In this document: positions 24,587 through 37,900 of the stretch, piece by piece
Position numbering within the stretch: position 1 is the stretch's first letter
How the letters are laid out: each line of letters starts with the position of its first letter
Source: Pocillopora damicornis
Taxonomy: Eukaryota
DNA: 62,326 nt
Direction of reading: 5' to 3'
Assembly: GCF_003704095.1 (NCBI RefSeq)
Contig: NW_020845316.1
Coordinates: 496,001-558,326 of the forward strand
Program-made: the position numbers and the translations under genes
Notes under the pieces: model-generated
The model's database searches: none
Told to the model about the DNA's origin: nothing
What the model saw: the letters and a program-made list of their open reading frames with translations, nothing else

Positions 24587-27351
24587 TTACTTTAGTTTCA
24601 AAAATTCCATGAGTTGCTCATTTTCCACTGCAGCATCAAACTCACCAAAACCCTACAAAGATGGGCATAAAAATTGTTGACATTACTTGCCTTAAATCTC
24701 TCCTCTAGTAATTTATTAATGTCTGTTTTAGTTTATTGCTGACAGAGCTACATCACACTTTTCGCTTCACTCTATGTCATTGTGCACTTGCATTCAAAAG
24801 CACAAGTTTGATAATTTTGCCAATCATTTGAAATTATTCCAGAGAAAATGGTTCTAGTGGATAAGAAAATGACTACTGTGACTGGATGACAAGCTTCAAT
24901 TGCAAAGATTTCAGTGTAATTTCCAGGCTCCAACTTCCTGTATATGTTAAGTGTGTACTTATATGTATTAGATCACAAGTATCACACTGACCATGTGAAT
25001 GCATTTGTAGAATCAGTACATGCATCTTTAACCCTTTAACTCCCATAAGTGACCAAGACAGAATTTATTCTTACAATATCAATACAATATCACACAGACA
25101 AGCAATGAGAATAAGGAAAAATATCGATTAGGGAATTATAAATTGATCCAATACCAAATTCTCCAAACCAACATCACACGAACTTCAAGCATACAGTAAG
25201 GAGAATTACTAATGAGATCTTGGGAGTTGATGGGTTAACAATGAGCAGCAATACATCATCCTTTTACTTACCCCAAGGTATTGATGACCTTTTGCCAATT
25301 GTGGAGGCAGACCTTTTGGATCACCCATGATGTCTCTCATTTCATTCTTTAATTTCTCAGAGCTGCTGATATCTATTTTCTCATAATCAATTTTCTTGCT
25401 GTCCAGGATCATCTCAATCTTTTGTTGTTGTTTCTTCATCTAGAGTAAATTCAACATATAATATAGAGAGAGTTTTGTAACCACAATCCATATTATTTGA
25501 AAGTCATGTGAAAAAATATTTGGAAAAAAGAAAAAAAAAAAAGAACAGTATGTTAAATTCTAGTAACACTAAATTTATATGACATCATCATTTCTACCTT
25601 CTCTTTTATCTACAAAACAAGGAGTTCACATTATGTAAGAGGATTTAGGACCCAGAGCCAAGTTGTTCAAAGCAAGATTAAGCTAACCAGAGGTTAGCCA
25701 ACAATTTCTTATTTATTTTTGTAGCTTTGCAGTTTGGTCTTACCCCAAGGTAAAACCCCCTCAAAATGTAGGCCCCTTTACATGCTCTATTTCAAGAGAA
25801 ATCAAGGAAAATTTAAAATTTTAATCCTGGGTTATAGCTAACCATCTTTTGAACTACTGGGACCAGGGTAGTAGCAGTGGATTGTGCAGTGTGGCTACCT
25901 AGATGAGGAAAATCTTAAAAAAAGGACCACTGTTAGTGACTGTGGATGACTGTTTAAAAAATCCCAATCCCCACCAACAATGGTGCTTTTACCTATATCT
26001 TCACCTGCCAGTGGATGATCACACTATGCAATCAACAAATTACATTTAACCAAACGCCTGTTTGGCCACATACATTGTACAGACTTCAAAGTTAGTAAGG
26101 TGTTATTCAGTGGCAACATTTATCCCACCTTAATACCATCTGTACTCAGTTATGGACCTAATGTGTACATGGCAATATTGAATCCATATAACTAAGAAAT
26201 AAATCCATTAAGAAAAGTACATACAGATGTGCATCAGTTAATAGTAGTGGAAACAAAAGGCCTTAAATACATGCCCATACAATGCAATATGTTACAGCCA
26301 AACAAATGCAAGAATCCCTGGGTGCCCCTAAGTGAAAATTCACAAATGCATTTTTGATAAAAAATCCTCTATTTACATCCATGGAATGGATTATGGCAAG
26401 GAAAGAAGTATTTTCAGCAAAAAAAATTCAGAAAATCTTTGATCAAAATTTGTAAATTCCAGATTTCAAGGTCACACTGACTCACACACAATAACTCTCA
26501 CATCACTTGCTTCCAATTGCATGAAACTTTGTTGCTTAGGTGACATAAATGCTATTTAGAATATGTCATAATTGATTCTCATTTCAGTCTCCCCTTCTCA
26601 TAACCAAATGAACACTGTAATAAAATAAGTTTTAATTGTTCATCGTGGTGTAAGATAGGAGATGAACTTTATTCATTTGTCTCATGATGGTTCACTTTGG
26701 ATGTTGATTGTGACGTTTCGACTGCAATACTGCTAGTTTTCATTGGGTGATGAGGTTGATAGTTTATGTGTCATTATTTTTAGCACGTTGGCTCGCTGCC
26801 ATTGGTGCATTTCAATCCTCATTATTATTCCAGTTGTTAGATGGGGTTCCCTCATAGGTCCTCATTAATTGCCTGTATATTCTGTATCGGAATAATAATG
26901 AGGATCGAAATGCACCAATAGCAGCAAACCAATGTGCTACAAATGGTGACACATAAACAATTGACTTCACTGCCTGATGAAGACTAGCAGTATTGCAAGT
27001 TGAAATGTCACAATCAACTTCCAAGGTGAATCCATTGTGAGACAAGCGAATAAAGTTCATCTCCAACTAAACACTTTTTACTTTTATCTTGGGACCAACA
27101 ATGAGATCCTACAGTCATCCCTGTCTGAAAGATTGCAAGTTTATGTATGTGAATACAAGATATCAAATCTCTAAATAATGTTCATTTGGCAAGTACATAT
27201 AAATAGAGAAAAAAATACGGATGGTCAACTTGATCACATTTAGTTATCCTCAGAGGTCTAATATTTACATGAATAATCTTCCTGAAACCTTACTTAGAAA
27301 AATCAACTTCTAATGAAAACATATTAAATTGTGAATAATTCATATGAATGC

Positions 27352-27382
<31 letters not shown>

Positions 27383-28132
27383 ATTCTTATGTGCCTGAAC
27401 ATGCTTCTATATAGTGTAGACATCAATTGAAAACTAATACCACTATCTTAATCACAAAAGATAATTATCTCCCATACAACATTGTAATCATGGACGAGCT
27501 ATTAAATCATGTCTAGCATCTTACACATTTTAAATGGATTATCATGAAGCAAAAAAGAAAAAGAAGTATTTGTCCATTATACAAAGGAGGATGTTGATTA
27601 ATCGTATGTATGATGCATAAAATATACTGACTATGCGGACCGAAGGTCCTCGCCTTGCGTCCTTAGTTATTAAACGCTCCAGTTATTCTCGTTCACCTGA
27701 GGCCATTCTTATCAAACAGACCAATTAACGTCACGTCGAGACACGTTACTGAGTACCTATAATCTATAAAGGTGCACTCAGGAGAAAATACATTTAAATT
27801 CACTTTCATAGATTCTAGTTGGAGACAATTTGAATTTGCACCCTCCATATCACTTATAACTTTCTAACCACCGGGAAATACAATCGTTGTATACAAATAC
27901 AGCTTACGGTTAGTTTTTTGCTTCGAGATAAAATATTAACTACAGGTAACCTGAACGAAAGAAAGAATCTGTCGTTGCAGATGAGTGTGTCGTCAATTTA
28001 TCACTCTACAGGCAAACCACACCTACATGGTTAAAGCTAAAGTTTCGAATAAAAGGTAGGAGAATTTCTCGCCAAACTCACCTCTAAATTACTAGAGACA
28101 GAAGAGAAGTAAAATTTAATCTTGTCTGCCAT
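24587..28132 (-). CDS. SH3BGRL3: SH3BGR-family thioredoxin-fold protein, paralogue A (exons 28132-28082, 25439-25272, 24652-24587; 94 aa)
   Basis: MADKIKFYFSSVSSNLE|MKKQQQKIEMILDSKKIDYEKIDIS...GDPKGLPPQLAKGHQYLG|GFGEFDAAVENEQLMEFLKLK*; canonical phase-0 GT-AG introns. The symbol denotes the closest-looking family member, not proven orthology. Confidence 0.92.
25652..25866. mobile_element. TIR MITE (GTTGTTCAAA-type ends); related element at ~44160-44306
   Basis: Inverted ends AGTTGTTCAAAG..ATTAAGCTAACC and GGTTATAGCTAACC..TTTGAACTACT. Confidence 0.55.
26658..27064. mobile_element. Fold-back element (~175-bp inverted arms, ~57-bp spacer) with decayed hammerhead-ribozyme cores; Penelope-like/retrozyme remnant
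   Basis: Arm 26658-26831 is the reverse complement of 26889-27064, with mostly transition differences. The right arm has CTGATGA (26974-26980), hairpin GACT-A-GCA-gtat-TGC-A-AGTT, GAAA (27002-27005) and TGTC. Confidence 0.7.
27352..27382. repeat. (GTT)n microsatellite
   Basis: About 10 tandem GTT units. Confidence 0.95.
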
Positions 28133-28577
28133 CTTCGGTGAAAAGCGTCGGTACAATATGTCAAATTCTTCCTCGAATAAGGCGCTACAACCTCAACTGC
28201 TCACTCGGGCTCGAGGAAACACTTTGCAATTCAAGGTCTTGTCTCGATGCAAATCAACCCTTTGTCACACAATAGTTTCCGCCTTGACAGGTCACAAATC
28301 TACCTGCAACCACAAGTCCTTTGCCAGCGAAGGCTATTCGCTTATTACTTATCAATTCAGATCTTAATATGGTCTAGTAATATGGTCTTCTTTCTGAGAG
28401 GATCACATCACACACGATGTGCTCAATGAGGTGATGAAACGGTGACTGTTGTAACCAGTTTTCCCCGTCCAAGCAGTACGCCTGCCAGGAGCTGCAGGGG
28501 GTGTAGTCTGTTAGTTGAGGCTAGGGTTACGCTTCTCTTTCATTTCACTCAATCTGAAGAGCACTTTCGCTTGAATT
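28133..28577. promoter_or_regulatory. Putative bidirectional promoter between the SH3BGRL paralogues
   Basis: 445 bp between divergent ATGs; CpG-rich compared with the flanking gene bodies. Confidence 0.7.
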
Positions 28578-31497
28578 ATGAGTGGAAAAGTTACCTTATT
28601 CGTCTCCGATATCTCAGGAAACAAGGAGGTGAGTATGAGACGATTTAAACAAACGATGCAAGTTTTCAGGTGTCATCAATAGCCAAAGTTTAAGACAAGA
28701 ATTTTCAAGATCAATTTACAGTGCTTAAAATGAATAATTCATTTGTGCTTCGAGGAACGATCCTGCATTAAAAGAGACACGATCATGGATGTAAAATTTC
28801 TAATAAGGATTACACTTGATTCTTTTCGCGAAAAATAAGGGTTTAGTAGCTTCTAATTCATTTTTCTTTGAAACGGAAACCTATGTGTAGCTAGACAAAT
28901 TTGTTATAGTTTATTTTCTCAGCCATCCGGCCTGTATGGTTGTAAGACTTGAACAGCATGTTTGTACAGTTATACAACCAGGCTGGATCATTCAGAACGT
29001 CAAAATACTCAGAGCTTTCTTTTAAACATTTCATTTAATCTCAACTTGCGTGTGTGTGTATTTGAGTAAATTTCACTCAACTATTTCGTGATTTAAATGA
29101 GCTTCTGATGACTACATATAGCACATATTTCAGATGTGCCGATTAAATTAATTCACTTAAGTACTTAGAAGTAAGCTCAATACCATTGATTAAGGTATAA
29201 GTAAAATATGGATTGAGCATTCCAATGGTTTTGAAATTTGAGACAAGGTGATATTGAATGCCTATTTCTTTTGACAATTGGAAATTGTTTTCCAATACTG
29301 CTAAAGAAAGAGTTAAAGAATTTCATTTTCAGATCAAAACATAATTTTGACACTACCACATAAACAAGTTTAATGTTTTTCACATTAGAAGGACAAACTA
29401 AAGTTTGTACAATTTCTGGCATCTTAAATGTTATGTTGTCTGCAGGAAATAAAAAAATAAATAAAACAAAACAAAAACCACACAGATTATATATAAAGAC
29501 AAGGGCACAAGACCCTTACTGTCAGGATTTTGTTGTGGTCTGTCATGCTATTGCAAAGTTTGCGGTAAGACCAGCTTGAAGAAATTTGTTAAAAATGGAA
29601 CATTCAAAAATTAGTGGATGAATGAAGTGTTATTTAATTCCAGCATTAATGATTGGTTTCATAATGTTTTAAAAATCCTAAATTGTTTAAAAAGTGTTAA
29701 TTGATTGGTGGTAAACCTTCTGTTAAGATGTAAGAACAATATTGATCATTCTGCTAAATAAGGTAACACTGGAGGGATCTCTTGGCCTTCAAGTACAGTT
29801 GCAGCAAAGTTATAAATGATGGAGAATTTATGTCTTGCCAACATCAAAATTGAAACTCATCTTTCACAAAGTTAGTTTTCCTTTGGAAAGTTTCAAGTAG
29901 TGACTTTGACTTTTGGGATTTTCCATTAACCCTTTACACCTAATATCAGTATGCATATTCTCCACACAGTTCTCTTTACATTTCTTATGGTACTGACAAG
30001 GAGAATTTGTTTGACAGTCGGGACCGACTTTAAACTGATGATCATTTCCTTAATTCTCATGACATATATTTTTGATTTAAGGGGTTGTATTATAAGGAGA
30101 AAGTAGGAGTCACTCCTAGGGGTTAAAGGGTTTAGAATTATAGCATACCTGAACTGAAACTCAAATGTTAGATCAAGGTTTATGTTGACTTATAAAATTG
30201 TATATATAACAGATTTTCAAAAGAACATTTTTTATAACAGTTAATTAATTTTATTTATTTATTTCTTTGTATTTTTTCTTTGCTTGTCGTGATCTCCTTT
30301 GATTAGTTTATTGCTTTTGTTATAAAGACTAAAAAACGTCAACAACACATGCGCACCCAACTAGAGGCACATAAAGTGCCTTTTGATGTAATTGATGTTG
30401 CACAAGATTCTGATGCTTTGGATAGAATGAGGGAACTTGTGGGAGATGAAGAAGCTCTAGCTCCTCAGATTGCCAATGGTGATGAGTACTGTGGGGTAAG
30501 TTGAATGAATTTTAACCCTTAACACTTCATTATACATTATCTACATAGAATTCCCTATACTTTCCTAAGGTGCTGTCAAAGAGAATTTGTTTAACAATTA
30601 AGAGCTTCTTTAGTTGGTGACCATTTTCTCTATTCTCATTACCTTAATGTATGATTTGGGGGTAATATTTTAAGGAGAAATTGGACACTAATTACTCTTA
30701 GGGGTCAAAGGGTTGAATGATTGTTACAGAAACAAAACTAATCCTGAGTAAATAATCACAGGGGAAATCAGGATAAACCCAAAGTGCAGGGTGAGAGTTT
30801 TCAAGACAAATCAGTGAGCAAAGTGAAGCAAAACAAATGCAACCCCAGCCTGATTACTATAAAACCCCTTGATTACTCCCATAAGTGACCGAGACAGAAT
30901 TTCTCCTTACAATATTAATATCATATCAAACAGACAAGTGATGAGAATAATTACAAATATCGCAGGTGGTAAGGAGAATTACGTAGTAACTGAGAACTTG
31001 GAAGAGAAAGGGTTGATTTACACTCAATTGAAAGTTGCCCTATATATCAAGAGAGATCTATATAATGTTTGGTATTTAGATGGTTAGTACCATTTCATGG
31101 TACTAAGAAGGGGAGAAGGGGGGGAGGCAGGGGAGGGGAGATTTGCTAGGATTCGTATGTGCTCTAGGAACTTTGAAATCCCTTCACCAATTTAAAACAG
31201 CATGGGGAACATTACCATTAAACTAGTCTTCTATAAAATGGCAAAACTTAATGAACAAAAGTCTGATTAAGAATGGATAAAATCTGGTAATTATTCAGTA
31301 GTATTTCAAAAATCTTTTTTTACGAAATCCTCAAAAGACCAGAAAACAGCCAATTTGTTAAAGTAAGCTTACCTTAAATTTGTAACTTCAACCTCTTAAT
31401 TCTAATGATAACCTTTGTCTTTTTCATCCAGGGCTTTGAAGAATTTGAAGCTGCCATTGAAGGAGAAACTCTAGGAGAATTCCTGAAACTGAAATAA
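28578..31497 (+). CDS. SH3BGRL3: SH3BGR-family thioredoxin-fold protein, paralogue B (exons 28578-28628, 30328-30495, 31432-31497; 94 aa)
   Basis: MSGKVTLFVSDISGNKE|TKKRQQHMRTQLEAHKVPFDVIDVAQD...GDEEALAPQIANGDEYCG|GFEEFEAAIEGETLGEFLKLK*; same exon lengths as paralogue A; not in the ORF track. Confidence 0.92.
29930..30130. mobile_element. Second TTAA/piggyBac-like MITE subfamily (other copies ~30516-30712, ~34240-34439, ~37680-37795, ~41780-42000, ~44731-44935)
   Basis: TTAA-CCCTTTACACC...GGGGTTAAAGGG ends and shared internal AAGGAGAATTTGTTT..CAATC motif. Confidence 0.75.
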
Positions 31498-33354
31498 AAA
31501 TTTTACAGTATGGTTGAAAAAATGTTGGAAAGGAGGACAAGTAGTATTCACATGGCTCAGATAATTAATGTCCAGATATATTTTTTCATCAGACAACTGT
31601 GACAAAGGACTTGCATCTCTTTTAAATACCTTGTTAAGGAAAACTACCATTTTTATTGCTCTCATTTTCTGAAAGAGTAGATGTACCATACTTTGCATGT
31701 AGGAAACGCTACAGTTTAAGATTCCCGTGATGTTGGCATGACAGGGTTCGTTGTGGTTGGTTTAAAAGTGATTATTACTATATGATAAACTTGTGAGCTT
31801 AGTAATCCAGGATTCCTCCTTATCTATGTAACTGGGTTTCTGGCTAAAACTAGGTTGGCTGATTGTCAGGGAATTGCTAAGTTCAAGTTCTGCATTTAAA
31901 GTTTAATGGTCCAATTTGGAAACATTCTGGTAAAATTCACCTTTGTTATAATGGCCAGCTCAGTTCATACTATCCGACTCTGATACCAATGCGTTAGTCA
32001 CCGCATTCAACTTTTTTTATTTTAGGTTCAGTTCAAAAGTCTAATTTTGTTTCCTGCTATTGGTCTTGGCTTGTTAACTCATGTTTAGTGTTGGGAAGGG
32101 GTCAATAATTTCCACTATGATTGAAGGCTCCACCCACAGTCTAACTTTACTTCTTTTATACACTGAAGAGTACACTCTGAAGATTTACATATCAGTTGTA
32201 GATATTTATGTTTGACTTAGAAACTTCTAAAGCCTGCACTATTTGACTCTGTGGTGAAGTCCCTTCAAGTTTGTATAGTGGATACTTTTATGGGCCATGT
32301 ATTTGATTAAGCCCTCTGCTGAAAGTTCATGTGAAGTCTTGATGGCACTGAGTTTTTTCTTTGCCTTGCTCCATTATTTCATTTTCATGTAATTATTCAT
32401 TTGGTCTCAGTGGTCTGAGAAAACTTACTGTCAGATGTTACATTTCCCCAGTCTGCACTTTGAAGTAAGGCTTGGAGAGGGGTTGTTGGTCACTCTGATG
32501 CAAACATGCACAAGGGCTGTTAACCATTTAACTCCCATGAGTGACCAAGACATAATTTCTCCTTACTATACCTATACAATATCATGCAGACAGGTGATGA
32601 GAATAAAGAAAAATACCAAATTCTCCAAACTAACATAATGAGAATCATTTGGCAGACAGTGAGGAGTACTATTAATGAGATCTTGGGAGTTTAAGGGTGA
32701 ACATTTATTCTTAAAATTTAGGGTTTTTCTAATTGTAACACCACCAGTACTCTTTTAATGTAATTGTGGTGTAAATGCCAGTGACCCATGTATGATGTCA
32801 GCAAATTTAGTAGAAGTACAACATCTTACATTGTACACTTAAAGTTGGGATAATTGTTTTGTTAGACTGCAGTCTGTCATCCTTTGAATTTTGATTTTAA
32901 TTGATCCAGGTTGCAGTCTTCTAAGTAACTATGATCTGCTGGACACAGTGGGCTCTGTCCTCATTACAAAAAGGTTTAATAAATTCATTACTGAATCAGT
33001 TTTGATACTCAGAGAATTGATCAACTTTGTCATAATATAGTTTTATAATTGTTATTTTATAGCTAAATAAATTTCCTTTTGCAATATGTAAAATTGTGAT
33101 TCTCATTTTTTGAATAGTCATCATGAGCAATCATTCACAGATGATTGCACAAATCCACATAAACATAAATTAAAGATTGCACAAATCCACATAAACATAA
33201 ATTAAAGACATAAAGTTTAATATTAGTAGCTTGTTAACCTGTTCAGTGTTACACTTTTCTTTCAACTTTCATGTTGACCCTCATCAGATTTTACTTAACT
33301 GTCACATCTCCTTTAAATAAGGCGAATGTGGGAGAGAAAGTTACTAGTGTGAAT

Positions 33355-33549
33355 CAAAGCATCAGAATCTTGTGCAACATCAATTACATCAAAAGGCACT
33401 TTATGTGCCTCTAGTTGAGTGCGCATGTGTTGTTGATGTTTTTTAGTCTGGATAATGAAAGCAATAAACTAGTTAAAGGAGATCAAGACAAGCAAATGAA
33501 AAACACAAAAAAAGTGATAAACAAAAGTAATAAACTGGTATGAAATGTT
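33355..33549 (-). pseudogene. Inverted partial duplicate of SH3BGRL-B intron-1 end plus 5' 93 nt of exon 2
   Basis: 33447-33355 matches 30328-30420 with 2 mismatches in 93 nt; 33549-33448 aligns more loosely to 30224-30327; AG acceptor retained. Confidence 0.9.
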
Positions 33550-34930
33550 GCGAATCAAACAATGTAGAAGTGTTTGAATCGACACAAATGAGGCTGGCGT
33601 TCAGGCAAAAAGTGTTCATTCTTAGCTTGAAATCAAATGATTGTACTTTATGAATCAACTCAAGCAACTAAATGATTTGTATTTTATTGTCAAATTTTAT
33701 GGATCAAAAGCAACCATTTCTAATTTGTCTTCATGTGGAATGAATAAAAATTACTATAAATTTTTATACTCACTTTAAAATGGCTACCATTAAAAATTAA
33801 GAAAATTTTTGGGAATAAGAAAAAAATCAATTGCCCAGTCAGTTCACCCTAGTGTTCATAAGTGTGGTTAAGACACCAACATAACTGCAATATATTTTAA
33901 TCATTTCAGGTGCAATAGGTCCTTAAATATATTTCGATCCCAACTAAATGGAAAAAAATGACAAGACTAAGAAAAGACCATTCAAAAAGTAAACAAGCCT
34001 ATCACGAGAAAATTGTCTCAATTAGTCACATGCAATGTAACTGCAGAAGTATTCTGACAATTATTTAAAAAAAATTTACAAGGAGACCATAGGGCTATTA
34101 CTTGGGGAAAGGGTTTGAAAATAAAGTGGTACTAGTTTTCATTAGTAAGAATATTAGCCACCTCTGATCACCTACTGTAATTCATAGATGATTTGATATC
34201 ACTAACTCCTGAAGTGAGAATGTGAAGCAGATAGAATAAACCCTGTTCACTCTAACATCAGTATGCTTACTGTTCTCCACATATTTTCTATGGTGTTGAC
34301 ATGGAGAATTTCTTTAATCAGGACGTTCTTTAGTTGATGATCATTTTCTTTATTAAATTTTTTTGTGACACTAACATGTGACTCAAAGGTGACAGTGTAA
34401 GGAAAAATAAGACGCCAGTTGCTCTTTGGGGTCAAGGGGTTAATTTTACTTAAAGTTTGTTCCTTATAGTTTGGGAAATACTGCCCACAGAGTACATACC
34501 AGAGGGTCAATTTCTATTTCTGACACTCTCAAGCCTAGTATTCTTTCTGTCATTGAGCCTGCAGAATAGAGCAGGAGTATAATGTAGTTTATGTAATATG
34601 AAAATAGAATTTTTAATGTTTGAGTTCAATAGGTAGATTTAGTTGCTTTGGGTTGAGAGTTTCCATACTTGTAAATACATGTTTAAATACAAATTAATCC
34701 AAACCAATTTAGAAACCTAAATTTTTTAGAAACCTTGGTGACACATGGTTTTGCTTCTTTCTGCAGTACTCATTTTGCTTTCATCCACTACACATACATG
34801 TACATTTAGGATGAGCCCTTAAAACCAAAATAAAAGAAAAATTTATGATTCACAAACAACTGTTGTGGAATCAATGGCAAAGAGGAGACTAGAGCTTCAA
34901 GGAAAGTGCATTTCTAGGTGTCCTGCAACA

Positions 34931-37900
34931 TTAATCTGTTCCAAAATATCTCTGTCCAAAATATGAGGGGCAGTCCGAGTGCACCTCTGACGTCAGAATG
35001 GTAACAGATGGAAAGTTTTTCAGTAGCTGCTTCACACCTACAGAAAAAAATCATACCTGTAAAAAATCTGGATGGTGTAAAACAATAAGAGAATTCCCAT
35101 TATTCAATGCATTTAGAGAATTTTGTCGATCAAACTGCATCATACACTATGGCATATCAAGACTCTTTTAAAGGGTAATTTTAATTAATGTCTGTTGGTC
35201 CAGATCATGTCCAAGGAAAAACTATGGGTACTAGGTTTCATGTAGAGGAAAGGTCAAACAGAAATTAATTAATTCATATATTAGTTAAAACTCTTGTACT
35301 CTTTTGAGTTAAAATATCTGCCATCTAATCTGCTTCTTTTCAGAGCACTGTGAAAGATGTCTAAGGCTGATAGAAGAGCAGCACCTTAGATTGGAATCTA
35401 AATTCACTGAAGCCAATCATTCATCAAACATACTCACCATTTGGGGTGGCAAATACATTTAAAAGAAGAATGTTTTCCTGTTTAACACCATGATCAAGAA
35501 GAACCTTGATGGCTGTTATTACAGTAGCTCCTGAATCTGCTGAAAAAGATCAGAGGACTATCATCACCCCTTCTCATAAATTTCTGTCATGAAACAGTGT
35601 CTCTCCTTTATCTAAGTTCAGTTGAAAAAAGAATTGCTCTAGATGAACACAAACCAATTAATATTCAATTTCACAACAGAGTGAAAACTACATTTCAACT
35701 GTGAAATTCTACACTGTCATAAAAGATATTACAGCTTATTAGTGGAACCTTCTCATTTGGCAAGAACTGACTTAATGTTTGTGACTTGTGTAACAAAAGA
35801 ATCAAACAATGATTAAGCAAATATAAAAATGCATACTAAACTGCCAGTCTTTTCAAGGATTTCTGGCCCTGAGAAAAGCTGTAACAGTACATGTGGAAAG
35901 TTACAATAATTATTTGCCAATTAGCTGCTGACAAGTTGCTTGCCTTTCATGTGCCTCTGTCTAGTTGATTAATGAATTAAGTCTACTTTCTTTGTCAGTG
36001 AAGGCTTATGGTGTTTGTATGATAAACAAAGTAATAAATGGTTTGTAGATGTGGAATTTCTCTTTGAGTGATCAACTGAATTTCTCACTAGTGTAATGCC
36101 CTCCCTTGAGAGATATTGAGTTGAACACTTGAAGAGAAATTCCTTCTCTGTGCAAGCCCATGTAGTTTTTTCTTTGTAATAATTAAAGAAGAATGAAACT
36201 TGTGTACTCACTTAGGAGAGGATACATAAGAAGAACTTTTCTTTGATCAATACCAGGAGGGAACTTTGCATAATAAACCTTGTATAAAGAGGATACAAAA
36301 TAAATGTGAATTATCCCTTTTACTCTCAAGATCTCATTTAATTCTTACTCTCTGCTATACGATGTTAGTTCTGAGAATTTGGTATTGGATCAACTTATGA
36401 CCATCTCATGGATATTTTTCTACATTCTCATTACTTGTCTGCTCGATATTGAAAGGAGAAATTCCCCCTTGGTCACTCATGGGAGTTAAAGGGTCAACTT
36501 TAAGTTAATACCAGTAAATGCAATGAGACTTGATATTGCATAAAATAGCAATTTTGTAAAAGTGGAAAACAAATTCAAAGTCATTATCATGATAAAGGTA
36601 AAGAATCTGAAGTGTCGGCCGACACACTACCAGCATTGGCTGACACACTACCAATGCATTGGCCAACAAACTGCCAATGCATTGACTGACACACTACCAA
36701 CATGTCAGCCAACACACTACCACTGCATTGGCCGACACACTACTTGCATGTTGGTAAGATTGAATGCATAAGACCACCCTCATAAGAAAAGAAATCTAAA
36801 TCACTGCCATTTTGAGAACAAAACACTAATACCTAGTGCTTTTTTTTAAGGGTTGGATACTGAGGGAGTTAGCATGTTACATGTTGGTAAGCTGGTCACA
36901 CTAGAATGCACTGTTTAGCTATGTGCAGCTCATGTAGTGGTGAGAGCTGCAGAACAGCCAAAGTCTCCAGAAACTGAGCCAAACTAAAAAGCCATTTGTA
37001 CTAACTGTAAAAATCATCGCATAGGAATGTCAGAAACAGCTGGGTGGACTCCTTCCAGTCGTTAAAGGAAGATAATAATTATTCATTTTCATGTTGTCAG
37101 TGAAAGTTTTCCAAAGAAGACGTTACAGATAAGTGTGGAAAAGGAAGGGTTAGCATTGCTTTACATAAGTAAGGCCCAAACAAAGTCACCGACACACCAC
37201 CAATACACCACTGACACATCTAGTACATTAGATGGATAAACAGTGGCCACTGTGTCGGCTGACAGTTGGTCAACATGTCAGTAGGATTGGATTCTTTACC
37301 TTTACCATTACCATTATGGTAACTTTCAAAACTTGTTTTAATGGTTTTTTGCTTTATCTAGTTAAAGAACTACAAGGTAACAATAATTTAATCTTTAACA
37401 AAGATTAACTAACCAGGTGACATCAAATCAAATTAATTTAACTATGACAAACTGTGCTCTAGGTCTAATCAACTGTATTACCATAGGTGTCTTGGATTCT
37501 TCATTGAATTTAATCAAAATCTTTCCTATTCTTATTGATCTGCAACAATCGCGTAATCCTTTCTCCATTGCTTCACCTATGGAAAAAGTTTGACAAAAAG
37601 AGATCCATGGATAAATCTATAATGTAAGCATTCTATATAGGCTTTACAGCTGGTACTATTAATAATAGCATCTTTTTAACCTTTCATACCCTAACATGAG
37701 ATGACTATGCTTATTCTCCGTACTGTTCTCTATACATTTCCTATGGTGTTGAGAAGGAGAATTTGTTTAAAAATCAAAAGCTAATCTTAAGTTGGTGAGT
37801 AAAATTCATAAAATATAAAGATAATAAGACAACAAGCAGGGGTACTTCAGGAAAGCCTTGGATTGAAATTTGTTTGATTCCAAAAAAAAAAAAATTGTAC

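Noticed and set aside
33143-33206. Exact 32-bp tandem duplication
   Set aside because: Only two adjacent units with no spacer; ordinary slippage or an assembly artefact.
35280-35384. Alternative last exon for UPRT (GAALLSALDIF...)
   Set aside because: It needs a 53-nt intron and gives a non-homologous tail; exon 35037-34931 supplies the conserved FGQRYFGTD end.
36613-36743. CRISPR-like regularly spaced repeats
   Set aside because: Contiguous degenerate units without unique spacers, in a eukaryotic intron, with no cas genes.
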